NCBI RefSeq assembly: GCF_006345805.1
Contig: NC_043015.1
Coordinates: 42,842,001 to 42,906,000, forward strand
Direction of reading: 5' to 3'
From: Octopus sinensis
Lineage: Eukaryota
DNA length: 64,000 nt
Part shown: positions 1-11,684 of the stretch, in pieces
Layout of the letters: every line of letters starts with the position of its first letter
How positions within the stretch are numbered: the stretch's first letter is position 1
The notes under the pieces: generated by a model
Databases searched by the model: none
What the model was told of the DNA's origin: nothing
What the model saw: the letters and a program-made list of their open reading frames with translations, nothing else
Translations under genes and position numbers: made by a program

Positions 1-280
1 GCTTCAGTAATTTTGCTTTATTTTCTTTTGGTAGGGGTTTAGGCCCTTTGCAATTCCATTTTAATTTCTAGGAAGTGGTGTTCCATATTAGTTTGGCCCC
101 TATCCGTCGACCTGTCCAGCATGGAAGGCCCTACCAGGAGCTTGTGCCCTTCTGGCATTGAGGTATACAAGGCCCACATCTCTTCCTTCCCGAGGACTGG
201 ACTTTGTGGAAGACCCAACCTTAAAAAATTGCCTCAAAAATCATTCAACCCATACCAGCATAACAGAGCAGATGTAACAG

Positions 281-614
281 GATGATGATGACGATGATGG
301 TAATGATAAGGATGATAACAAAGATTATGATGATGATGATGATGATGATAAAGATGATGACAAAGATTACAATGATGATGATGATGATGATAATGATAAT
401 GATAATCATAAAAATGATAATGATGGTGATGATAACATTAAAGATGATGATGATGATGATGATAACGATGATGATGATAACGATGATGATGATGATGATG
501 ATAACGATGATGATAATGATGATAAAGATGATGATGATGGTGATGATAAAGATGATGACAATGACAATGATAATGATAACAATGATGATGATGATGATCA
601 TCATCATCATCATC
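281..614. repeat. (ATG/ATA)n trinucleotide microsatellite
   Basis: Direct inspection; source of the poly-M, poly-I and poly-H pseudo-ORFs. Confidence 0.95.
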
Positions 615-812
615 GTTTAACATCCGCTTTCCATGCTAGCATGGGTTGGACAATTTGACAGAGCTGGTGACCCAGATGGCTGCACCAGGCTCCAACGATA
701 AAGATGATAATAATACTGATGATGATGATGATGACGATAATAAGGATGACGATGATGACAATTACGAGGAAACAAAAGCGATAAAACAGAGAAAAAGGTA
801 GATAAAGCTTAC

Positions 813-994
813 ATCGAGGACGTTAAGGGCATGGAGCAGGCGGATGTCTTCCGGTAAAGAGTTGAGACAATTGTTAGCGATGATCAAGCGAGTCAGGTCA
901 GTTTGGTCCCACCACCTCTCGGCACTGCTGTCGAGGGTGAAGTTCCGAGCTGACTCCGCTTCTTCGATGTTTATATTCAGAACAGATTTTGGAA
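813..994 (-). CDS. LRRC40: LRRC40 coding exon 2 (gene continues beyond the left edge)
   Basis: Acceptor TTCCAG (AG at 996-995), donor GAT|GTAAGC at 812. 182 nt; 166+182=348 keeps frame. (V)PKSVLNIN...ERWWDQTDLTRLIIANNCLNSLPEDIRLLHALNVLD matches the LRRC40 motif ERWWEQTDLTKLIISNNKL. Confidence 0.93.
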
Positions 995-1095
995 CTGGAA
1001 TAACGGAAGAGAACAACAGATCAACGGAATTGGAACGGTATCGGCGAAATTACTATGAAGGCAATTTGTCATGTTTAAAGTGCAGGCTAAGTAGT

Positions 1096-1145
<50 letters not shown>

Positions 1146-1158
1146 AAAAGAGATGTAC

Positions 1159-1638
1159 TATCTAGTTTCAGCTCACGAGCTGTGGCCATGCTGGGGCACC
1201 ACCATTCAGTGTTGCTACATGATTTTACTTCACGAATGCTTTTTAGCAACTGCCATTTGGTGCGTGAGAGAGTTCGATGCAGCTGCCCTCATCTGCACCT
1301 CCTGCCGTGAAGTTGGTTCATCTGGGACACCTGACAAGGACAAGATACTGTGATAGCCTGGGCTTCAGAGGTCCACAGCTCTTCAATATCCTCCCGAAGG
1401 ACCTGAGAGACCTGCATGGGGTGGATGCAGATGTCTTTAAAATAAAACTGGACCTCTTCCTGTCAGGTGTCCCAGATGAACCAACTTCACGGCAGGAGGT
1501 GCACATGAGGGCAGCTGCATCGAACTCTCTCATGCACCAAATAGCAATTGCTAAAATTCATTCGTGAAGTAAAATCATGTAGCAACACTGAATGGCGGGG
1601 CCCCAGCATGGCCACAGCTCGTGAGCTGAAACTAGATA
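1159..1638. mobile_element. Two CR1/L2-like LINE 3' ends fused back to back (about 178-bp inverted arms)
   Basis: 1159-1336 is the reverse complement of about 1461-1638. 1337-1638 encodes SLGFRGPQLFNILPKDLRD...FKIKLDLFLSGVPDEP, a LINE ORF2 C-terminus, plus tail. Confidence 0.8.
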
Positions 1639-1852
1639 AAATATAAAAAATATATACTTGAATGTGTGTGTGTGCTGACGATTCCGTCAGTTTATCACCT
1701 TAATTACAAATTCTAATTTTAGTATCAGGCAATCAAGTTTTGGGGTGGGGGTAGTTGATACTATTGACTCCAATACTTTAGAGGTACTTAATTTTTTGAG
1801 TGGTACTTTATTATTATTTTAATCCGACAGGATGAAATGCTAAGTTGATAAT

Positions 1853-2418
1853 GGGCTGCATGCGAAATTTTTTTTCCCACGAGAGTTCCGGACCCCAGTA
1901 ATGAACTACTTTGCATACAGCCAATCAGAGTTCACCTTGACCTTGTTGTCAAGTTAACAAACACAAACTACCAAGTAAACTCAAGAAGAAGAATGGTGTT
2001 GTAAGTCGACCGATCTCCAAGTTATGCCTGATTTTAGCAGGAGACAAGCTATTAGATAGATTTGCATCTATAACTATTATTGGATTTTGTTAGGGCCCCT
2101 TATGGTAAAGATGTGGATGGGAAAAATATGGGTAGAGGGTAATCTGCTAGTAACCCTCTCCTCTTACTGTTTTAGAAAGTAAACAACAACACAAATAACT
2201 ACGCAGGGGCTGCCATGGTTGGAACAAGAATAAGAATAAGCATTATTAAAAGGGTAAAGAAGCATGGTCGTTCCTTACCCAAGTGACCATATCTTATCGC
2301 CCATCACTTGTTATGCGCTCATAAATTAGTTTGATTGTTGAGATCTGATTGGCTGTATGCAAATGAGTTTGTAACTGAGGTCCGGAACTCTCGTGGGAAA
2401 ATATTTTGTGGGCTGCCC
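1853..2418. mobile_element. Non-autonomous TIR element with about 80-bp imperfect TIRs
   Basis: TTTTCCCACGAGAGTTCCGGACC...TTTGCATACAGCCAATCAGA is inverted at about 2343-2400; termini GGGCTGC/GCTGCCC; no clear TSD. Confidence 0.7.
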
Positions 2419-2715
2419 ACCACAACACGAGAAGACCCTCCTACCACAACAGAAATCCTAAAACCAAGGAGCCACATAAAATGCATTGGTGTTGGTACCG
2501 GTAACATGTAAAAAGCATAGGTGGTGGTGCCACATAAAAAAAGTACCCAGTAGGCACAGGAGTGGCTGTGTGGTAAGTAGCTTGTTTACCAACCACATGG
2601 TTCCAGTTTCAGTCCCACTGCATGGCACTTTGGCCAAGTGTCTTTTACTATAGCCTCGGGCCGACCAAGGCCTTGTGAGTGGATTTGGTAGACAGAAACT
2701 GAAAGAAGCCCGTCG

Positions 2716-2764
<49 letters not shown>

Positions 2765-3878
2765 ATGTTTGTGTGTCTGTGTTTGTCCCCCACCCCACCC
2801 AACATCGCTTGACAACTGATGCTGGTGTGTTTACGTCCCCGTAACTTAGCGGTTCGGCAAAAGAGACCGACAGAATAAGTACTAGGCTTACAAAGAATAA
2901 GTCCTGGGGGTCGATTTGCTCGAGTAAAGGCGGTGCTCCAGCATGGTCACAGTCAAATGACTGAAACAAGTAAAAGAGTACACTCTGTGGAGTGGTTTGG
3001 CATTAGGAGGGGCATCCCAGCCGTAGAAACCAAATCAAAACAGATTATGGAAGCTGATACGGAGCCCCTGGCCTTCCCAGTTCTTGTCAAGCCGCCCAGC
3101 CTATTTCAGCATTGAAAACGGACGTTAAATGTCAAAGTACAAATAATGTATGAGCTTTCTGCGGTCGCTCAACATTTTATAAATAACAGCTAAATCAATC
3201 TAAACTAAATTCGTGTAGTCCTACATACGTTATATGCTTTTTAGACAAAGACTGGTTTTATCAGTGATGACCTTTGACCGGAATTAAACGACATCGCATT
3301 TCCGTTTCCCTTTCAGTCTCTTCTGCATTGCTTAGTCATTCAGGTTTTTATCTATAAACCAGTCCTAGCTTGTTATCTTAAGTTATTTAGCCCCAGGTTG
3401 CAGTCGAGTGAGTTGCAGCCGAGTGAGTTGCAGACGCGACGATCAAACGTGTTTTCACGATCACTCAGACGTGTCGCCCAAGGCGATATATAAGGTGTAA
3501 TATGTATATACAGACACACCTTATATACTCTTTTACTTGTTTCACTCGTTTGACTGTGGCCAGGCTGGAGCACCGCCTTTAGTCGAGCTAATCGACCCCA
3601 GGACTTATTCTTTGTAAGCCTAGTACTTATTCTATCAGTCTCTTTTGCCGAACCGCTAAGTTACGGGGATGTAAACACATCGGTTGTCAAGCGATGTTGG
3701 GGGGACAAACACAGACACACAAAAGTATACACACACATACATATACATATATACGACGGGTTTCTTTCAGTTTCCGTCTACCAAATCCACTCACAAGGCT
3801 TTGGTCGGCCCAAGGTGCCACGCAGTAGGACTGAACTCGTTTGGTAAGCAAGCTACTTACCACACAGCCACTCCTACG

Positions 3879-3968
<90 letters not shown>

Positions 3969-5238
3969 CATATAAATAGATATTAAAGAGAGAGAGTTAG
4001 GTTATATTCATTTTAAATACGGTATGGTGTAATGTTGTAATGTGATGGTGATTTGACTGTTATTTCTAGGAGACTAAGCGAACTCAGAAAGCGCTTCGTG
4101 GTCCAACACATTTATATTCGTCCGGATCTTAAAATCGACTTCCATAAATATTTCGTAATAGTTTCAATTAATATTATTGTTAATCATTTGCTGAGTCCAT
4201 AAAAATATAATTTAGGAATTACAGAATATAAAACGCGATTGTTTCGATTTAATTACACCATCTGGCATACATTTCATGAATATACGTTATTAATTAATTA
4301 ATAATTAATTTCATATACGTGTGTGTGTGTGTGTGTTATACATACACAAATCTAGATTTTCACTTTTTTTCCTTTTTTCCTTTTTATGTTGAAATTGGCT
4401 TTCAGAAATATTTTGAATTATTTTTTTTTATTATTGTTGATGTTTGTAAGCAGAAAAAAAAAATAAATAAACAAGCCAAACTACACGTGAGTGTGTAAGC
4501 AAATATTTATAAATAAATTGAGAGGGTTGCTTTTTTAATTGATTTTTTAAAAGTAAATATTTTGAATAATTAATATTTCTTATCGACAACGTAAAATGAG
4601 ACGAATTTGCCAATATTCATATATACCAATGCACAAACAGTTATACGTAATATGTACATATATATATATATATAGGAGAGGGGTTAGTTCATGAGGAAGA
4701 AGAAAATCCGAAATTGAAGGGAGGGCGAAAAATCGCCAAAAAAAAAAACCCCGAAAATTTTGTAAAAAGAAAAGTTTGAAATTTTTCACAAAACTAAATT
4801 GTGACCCCCTTTGTATGAAAAACAGCAGAAGAATGATGAAGTTGGGGAGGCAAATTCCTTGCACACAAGAGTAGCGATAGCTGTTTCAAAACATCATCTT
4901 TTCTTTCCTTTAATTGATTTTCAGAAATATTTGGTAAGTTATTCTGCAGCCGATTACAATTAAACAAGCTAAACTACAGGTATGCATATGACATATATAA
5001 ATATATATTATTGTTGTCTGGAGATGCATAGATCTCAGGGATGTTCTGATGTATCTACAGCATAAATGACGTTACTGGGGGTGTTGGAGGGTTTCAGAGG
5101 TCTTTCGGCATCATCAGCCCCCCAACCCCACGGCTACAACTTAGCCCAGTTGACCCAGCCAGCGAGGCTGGGTCATCCATACCACCTAGTTATGAGTAAG
5201 GCACTGGTGCCTGCTCTCTTCATCCGAGGCCATCAAGA

Positions 5239-5284
<46 letters not shown>

Positions 5285-5301
5285 CATATAGACAGACAGA
5301 C

Positions 5302-5355
<54 letters not shown>

Positions 5356-5441
5356 GATAGATAGATATATAGATAGATAGATAGATCGATCTTGATTACT
5401 TTGGATGAAGAGAGCAGGTACCAGTGCTTTACTCATAACTA

Positions 5442-5476
<35 letters not shown>

Positions 5477-5655
5477 TAGATAGATATATAGATAGACAGA
5501 CAGACAGATATATATATATATATATATATAATATATATATATATAATATATATATATATATACATACATATATATACATATATATATAAACATATATACA
5601 TACATACATATATATATATATACATACATATATATACATATATATATAAACATAT

Positions 5656-5706
<51 letters not shown>

Positions 5707-5804
5707 ATATATACACACACAAATGAAGGAGAAGGAGATATTGTTGACATTTAAAAGAGGAAGAGATGGCACAAAAGAAGAAGAAGAAGATGGGAGGTAC
5801 CCAC

Positions 5805-5970
5805 CGGCAGTCAACCCGCGGCCCGAAATATTCAATTGTCCACTCGATCGCGCATTTCTCAACAATGTTGGATGCACGGATTGGTCGTCTTCAGTAGACT
5901 CGTGGAATGCACTACCAGGGTTCGCCCCGAACGGTTTCCGCACGTTTTTTCCAGCCTTTGCTCGCGACAT
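5805..5970 (-). CDS. LRRC40: Leucine-rich repeat-containing protein 40, coding exon 1
   Basis: ATG at 5970; MSRAKAGK...[22 protein letters not shown] resembles the vertebrate LRRC40 N-terminus (LLKAARKSGQLNLSGRNL, recalled). Donor G|GTGGGT at 5804; 166 nt, phase 1. Confidence 0.92.
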
Positions 5971-6199
5971 GGTCTTCCTTTCTTCCTCAACATCCAACGT
6001 TTCTGATGCCGCTCCTACCGTGCCCTGTCCGTACAATATTTGTTTCTAAAGACAGGAGAGGTGTCTAAGGTGTTGTTGATTTCGTGCTTGGACAAGGGAG
6101 GTAAGTCTTATCTGACTTACACATTCCAAAACAAGGAAGCAAAGCAAAGCCGCAAAGAAGCCGCAACGTGACTCATTCATTAAGAAGTCAAATCAAAGT

Positions 6200-6350
6200 A
6201 GAAGGCATATATATCCTTCTCTGATTGGCAGAATCGTGGAGAACTTGAAATAAATATCGTGGAATCTTACGACTCTCTTTACGCACTGCGTTCAAATCCC
6301 GCAGATGTCAATTTACTCTTTAATTTTGCCGAGGCGATGGGGGCGGGGAG
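6200..6350 (-). promoter_or_regulatory. Putative LRRC40 proximal promoter (CCAAT box, GC box)
   Basis: ATTGG at 6224-6228 (CCAAT on minus) and GGGGCGGGG at 6340-6348 in CpG-richer unique sequence 250-380 bp upstream of the ATG. Confidence 0.4.
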
Positions 6351-6387
6351 ACGATAAAAAAAAAAAAAAAAAGTAATAAGTCAGATA

Positions 6388-7047
6388 GGTACTACTTTAA
6401 AAGAGTGGTCCCGGTGTACGCACTCGCGTACTCGCGCATCCGCGCTAGCTAGTCGTGACTAGTTGATCCTTACTTTGTGTTTCTGTTTTATTTACTTTGT
6501 TTTAAAAAATTATTTAATTTGTGTTTTTGTGTTTTTACTTTGTTTTAAAAAATTATTTATTTTGTGTTTTATTTACTTTGCTAGGTAGTCATTGTAGGAT
6601 CGACTAGTTCTTAAATTGTGATCTTTTCGGTTTGAACGGCAGTTTTTTCTAGCGGTATCATATGAAATTGTCACCCATAATTATGACCCTAGTATCGATC
6701 TATTGCATTTCGATCTATTTTAGGGTTAGGGTTAGCGGTGGGGGGAAGGGTATCTTTTTTTCTTCAGAAATGTAAATAAACCCAATCTGTTTCTTAAACG
6801 AGGGACATATTCATACGGCACAGAATGTTTTTTTTTTACCTCAATAGACGCCATTGGTTGAAATTGCAGAAACTGAAGAAAAAAACAACAACAAATATCT
6901 TACAAACTATAGAATTTTCTCAATAAAGCCAAGAGAAGATGTTTTATAAACACATTCTACCAGTATACGAAGTTTAAAAGTTTTTAGTTACGTGGAAATT
7001 ATTTTTAAAAACTGCCGTTCAAACCGAAAAGATCCTTAAGTTGTACC
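6388..7047. mobile_element. Merlin-like MITE (family M1) carrying a nested MITE
   Basis: Ends GGTACTAC...GTTGTACC; perfect 8-bp TSD GTCAGATA at 6380-6387 and 7048-7055. Confidence 0.8.
6619..7035. mobile_element. Second Merlin-like MITE nested in the 3' TIR of M1
   Basis: TIR (T/G)GATCTTTTCGGTTTGAACGGCAGTTTTT / AAAAACTGCCGTTCAAACCGAAAAGATCC; TSD TTAAATTG/TTAAGTTG (7 of 8). Confidence 0.8.
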
Positions 7048-7782
7048 GTCAGATACTAAGGTCGATATAATTGACTGTTTCTTTTTCATTCAAAATTGAA
7101 ATCGTGTGCTTATGTAAACAATGTTTATTTTGTTGTTGTTGTTCAGCCCCGACTAAGCAGGCCTATGATCAACGGCTTTCCAATCATGACAGCCCCATCT
7201 TGTTTACATTAATGATGTATCCCGAGTGGTCATGGAGTTTAACGTACCGTTTTTGCTTGGACAAAATTTGACTTCGTTTTATGTTTCGTAGATGTAGAAT
7301 GTCGAGATAATAATGCATGAATTACAAAGAGCGCTATGTAGAAAGGGTCAGGAATAGGGGGCGCAAGTACATCACTAAAAATTTTGTGGGGCAATAAAAA
7401 CACTGAGAACATCACCCTGAAAATTTCTTCATCGCCAAAAGGATCGAGTGTAGAAACACTTTTTGGACTGATTTGAAACATTGGTTTTCCATTATCGGAT
7501 TTGTTCGACGCACAAATATAAATTTTGGATCTGGGTTTGCAACCCCTAAGCAGATTTCTACCCTGCACTTATGAATATGCATGTATGTATGTATGTATGT
7601 ATGTATTATGTATGTATGTATGTATGTGTGTATGTATGTATGTATGAATGTATGTATGTATGTGTGTATGTATGTATGTATGTATGTATGTGTGTATGTA
7701 TGTATGAATGTATGTGTGTATTTATGTATGTATGTTTGTGTGTATATATGTATGTGTGCGTGTATGTATGTATGTATGTATG

Positions 7783-8091
7783 AAGTGGCGGACTGGCCAG
7801 GTTGCCAGCTTTCCCAGTGGCAAGTGGGCCCCTGTGCCTATAGAATCCATATATGGGGGCCCGTATTAGAATCTAAGGAGCCCAGCCCCATCAAGTTTGA
7901 GAATTTTTTATTCACTCTTGGAAGAATGCATTATTTCAGCCTGGCTGTGTTTGCAGACAGTTGAAAAGAATGCTTTTAACAAAAACAAAAAAAATTATAT
8001 AACATTGGGGTTGCAGGTGGGCCCCCTTGTAGTTGTGAGAGGGTCCACTTAGTCTCCTGGCAACCATATTTTTAAACCCAGAGCGCCACTG
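7783..8091. mobile_element. hAT-like MITE inserted in (TATG)n
   Basis: Ends AAGTGGCG (from CAGTGGCG)...CGCCACTG; TATGTATG on both sides; subterminal GTGGGCCCC motifs. Confidence 0.65.
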
Positions 8092-8159
8092 TATGTATGT
8101 ATGTATTGTCGTTACTGTCTTGTTTTTGTTACCATTTTTACCCCTCCGCAAAAAAAATT

Positions 8160-8760
8160 TCAAATTTTATTTAATTTGCTTTTCGCGGGAAGGAATGTTT
8201 CATTAAAGTCATGTCTCGCCTTGACCTTCGAAACGTGGAGTAGATGAAACAAAGGCGACTGAAGAAGGAGAATTTTCCTTGTATTGTATGTCCTGTACTC
8301 TATTTTTTCGTTAAGAAAAATGTCCATTTCCTTGGTTTTGTATTTATGTTTTCGTTTCTCATTGTGTTCGACGTTTTTTTGGTGTCCTGTACCCATATAT
8401 GCATGTATATATACATGTAAAGGTAGGTACGTACATATGTGTATGTATATATGCATATGTTTTACTTTATTTATTAATTAATTTATGTATGTATGCATAT
8501 ATACGTGCAGATTTGTATGTTTTGTTTTATGTATGTATTCTCATGCATATAGTTGCATATCTAGACATGCTCATATATATTTAAATGATAAACTTCTGGA
8601 AAGTTTTACAGACTTTTACAGTTCCACTGATGGATTGGATCTGTAGTTTCGAATTAGATTTTTCTCCTCTTTGATTTTGAGAGGCCAAATTTCTCAAGAT
8701 TGGTATTTAGGCAGTGTGATACATATCCCAGTGCTCCAATAATTACAGGTATAAACCTGG
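8160..8760 (-). mobile_element. R4/Dong-like (RLE) non-LTR retrotransposon 3' end
   Basis: 8760-8582 reads RFIPVIIGALGYVSHCLNTNLEKFG...LQIQSISGTVKVCKTFQKFII* with a frameshift; PxIIGALG and LQ..GT motifs. 3' UTR extent approximate. Confidence 0.65.
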
Positions 8761-9289
8761 TATGTAAGTATGTATGTATGTATTTTACTGTTTTGCTCTT
8801 TTACTTGTTTCAGTCATTTGCGAAAGAATAAGTATCAGGCTTAAAAAAAGAAATAATGGGATCGATTCGTACAACTGAAATTTCGTCAAAGCGGTGCCCC
8901 AGCATAGCCGCAGTCTAATGACTGAAACACGTATGCATGCTTTTATAATTTGTATAACGCGCGTGTGTGCAAAACTGCTTCATCAGCCTTGCCCAAGATA
9001 TCTCATAACATAATCTATAATAACCTGACTGAGATCGCCATTGCGTTTGGCTACCTTGACACTGCGGTAATCTCGTATGCTAGAATCGATAATGAAATCG
9101 TTCTGCGTCTTTGAATAGCCAGTAATTCTATTGGAAATTTACCTGAGCGTCTCTGGAAAGATCATGGCGCTTCATTCAAATCTAAGGTGCAAATTTATCC
9201 CAGATCTATTTTAATGGTTTGAGAGGTGGACTGCATACAAAAATCAAATCAACTTTTGTGGACACGTATCACGTTAAGCGTTCGCTTTC

Positions 9290-10370
9290 GGACGAGCTGT
9301 CAGAATCGTTAGCACACCGGGCGAAATGCTCAGCGGTATTTCGTCTGCCGTTACGTTGTGAGTTCAAATTCCGCCGAGGTCGACTTTGCCTTTCATCCTT
9401 TCGGGGTCGATAAATTAAGTACCAGTTACCCACTGGGGTCGATGTAATCGACTTAATACCTATGTCTGTCCTTGTTTGTCCCCTCTGTGTTTAGCCCCTT
9501 GTGGGTAATAAAGAAATAGGTATTTCGTCTGCTGTTACGTCCTGAGTTCAAATTCCGCCGAGGTCGACTTTGCCTTTCCTCCCTTTGGGGTCGATTAAAT
9601 AAGTACCAGTTACGTACTAGGGTCGATATTATTGACATAATCCCTTTGTCTGTCCCCTCTGTGTTTAGCTCCTTGTGGGTAATAATTAAATAGGCATTTC
9701 GTCTGCTGCTACGTTCTGAATTCAAATTCCGCGGATGTCGACTTTGCCTTTCATCCTTTCGGGGTCGATTAAACAAGTATCAGTTACGCACTGGGGGTCA
9801 ATGTAATCAACTTAATCCGTTTGTCTGTTCTCTCTGTGTTTAGCCCCTTGTGGGTAGTAAAGAAATAGGTATTTCGTCTGCCGTTACATTCTGAGTTCAA
9901 ATTACGCCGAGGTCGACTTTGTCTTTCATCCTTTCGGGATCGATAAATTAAGTACCAGTTACGCACCAGTGGGTAATAAAGAAATAGGTATTTCGTCCGT
10001 CTTTACGCTTCGCCTTCAAACTTCGCTGGGGTCGACTTTGCCTTTCAGCCTTTCGAGGTTGATGAAGTAAGTACCAATCAAGCATATAATCGACTTACTC
10101 CTGACCACGAACGTGCTAACTTGGTGCCAAAATTTGAAACTAATATTTTCCTAAGGCGGTGAGCTGGCAGAATTTTCAGAATTCTTAGCGCGCCGGGGAA
10201 AATGCTTAGCGGCATTACGTCCATCTTTACGTTCTCAGTTCAAATTCCACCGAGATCGACCTTGCCTTTCATCCTTCCGCGGTCAATAAAATAAATATCA
10301 GTTAAGCACTGGAGTCGATGTAATCGGTTTACCTCCAGCCTCGAAATTACTGGCCTAGTACCAAAATTTA
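9290..10370 (+). repeat. SINE family B tandem array (about 165-180-bp units)
   Basis: Repeated GAGTTCAAATTCCGCCGAGGTCGACTTTGCCTTTCATCCTTTCGGGGTCGAT...AAGTACCAGTT...GCCCCTTGTGGGTAATAAAGAAATAGG. Confidence 0.9.
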
Positions 10371-10689
10371 GATGCTCAACCGAAACGAATCACCAGGGTA
10401 CACTTTATTGCATTATGTTATAGAAAACAATGTAATTATGTGTATATTTCTGTACGTGTGTGTGTGTGTTTTCTTTGACAGGCATTCACAAAGTGGTATG
10501 GCTCTTTTGTTTACATCAGGATGGTTCGTAGGGTTAGAAATCATCTGTGGTTGATGTATGCGTTTTACATGTGGATGTTGTGCGCATGTGTGTGTGGCTA
10601 TGAATAAACTTGCATTCGTGGGTGTGCGTTTCACCGCAGAACACAGGTAAGCGTTTCACAACTATTTATGTGTGTTGTTTGTTCTTTCT

Positions 10690-11222
10690 CGAACCATGCC
10701 TGGCTCATAAGGGCCGGTTTCCCGGTTTCTTTGGCGTATAGGTTCTCCACCTGGACGGGACGCCGGTGAGTTGCAAGATGCAGGAGAAAAGTGTGAGAGA
10801 AAGTTGTGGCGAAAGAGTCAGCAGAAGTTCGCCATTACCTGCTGCCGGAGTCGCGTGGAGCTTAGATGTTTCGCTCATAAACACACACATCGCCCGCTCT
10901 GAGATTCGAACCCGCGATCCGTCGACCGCGAGTCCATTGCTCTAACCATTAGGCCATGTGCCTCCACAAATAAAAGCTCTCTTTTAAAGCCTAGTCAGGC
11001 TCATGGGCTCGCTTTCCCGGTTTCAATGGCGTATGTGTTACCCAGTTGGACGGGACGCCAGTCCATCGCAGTGTTACTCATTTTTGCCAGCTGAGTGGAC
11101 TGGAGCAACGTGAAATGAAGTGTTTTGCTCAAGAACACAACGCGTCACCTGGTTCAGGAATTGAAACCACAATCTTACGATCATGGTGCTGACACCCTAA
11201 CCACTAAGCCACACACCTCCAC
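10690..11222 (-). mobile_element. Two adjacent tRNA-derived SINEs of family C (related copies near 25122-25375 +, 28055-28325 -)
   Basis: Heads GTGGAGG(C/T)..TGGC(C/T)TA(A/G)TGGTTAG with B-box-like GGTTCGAATC / GGTTTCAATTCC; shared GGCGTCCCGTCCA body. Confidence 0.75.
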
Positions 11223-11339
11223 ATTTATGTGTGTGCGTATGCATGTATTCCATATGTACGTGTGGTTTGGGGAATGTAGTCACCCAGGAGTCTCAAACGG
11301 AGAAACTCTGAAATGTTTTATAAATTTTCAGTTGTGTGT

Positions 11340-11650
11340 GCATAGATCGCAGATCAGCGAGTTTCTCCACGTTGATCCTCTATTTCTTGGCATTGAGATG
11401 TCATAACGTCGGTACTACGGACATGTGATTAGAAAGTCTCAGGAAAGAATCGCAAAACGGATCCTTCAAGTCGTGCCAACTGGCAAGAGATTTTGGATAG
11501 ACCAAGAAAGAAATGGTCGGATAATATGCATAGTCTCAGTAGAGCACGCTTGGGAATCCGGTTGGAAAGTGTAATGAAGGTTACTTCTAACAGACCCCTC
11601 AAGAAGAGGACTCTATCCCCCGAAACTTCCAAGGGATAGTAGACGGAGAA
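11340..11650 (+). mobile_element. RTE-like LINE C-terminal fragment
   Basis: RYYGHVIRKSQERIAKRILQVVPTGKR..RPRKKWSDN matches the RTE motif W/YxGHVxR...GKRxxGRPxxxW. Confidence 0.7.
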
Positions 11651-11684
11651 TATGTATGTATTTTTTATCTTTTTTTGAATTTTA

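Noticed and set aside
245-623. Poly-Met, poly-Ile and poly-His ORFs (also 33522-34134)
   Set aside because: Translations of trinucleotide microsatellites, open in several frames on both strands.
6719-6745. Telomeric TTAGGG repeat
   Set aside because: Only 2-3 units, internal to a MITE; not an interstitial telomere array.
9290-10370. CRISPR-like regularly spaced repeats
   Set aside because: Whole ~170-bp units repeat with no unique spacers, the context is eukaryotic and there are no cas genes; these are SINE arrays.
10890-10968. tRNA gene-like sequence on minus
   Set aside because: A/B boxes run directly into a SINE body, with no closed acceptor stem or oligo-T terminator evident.
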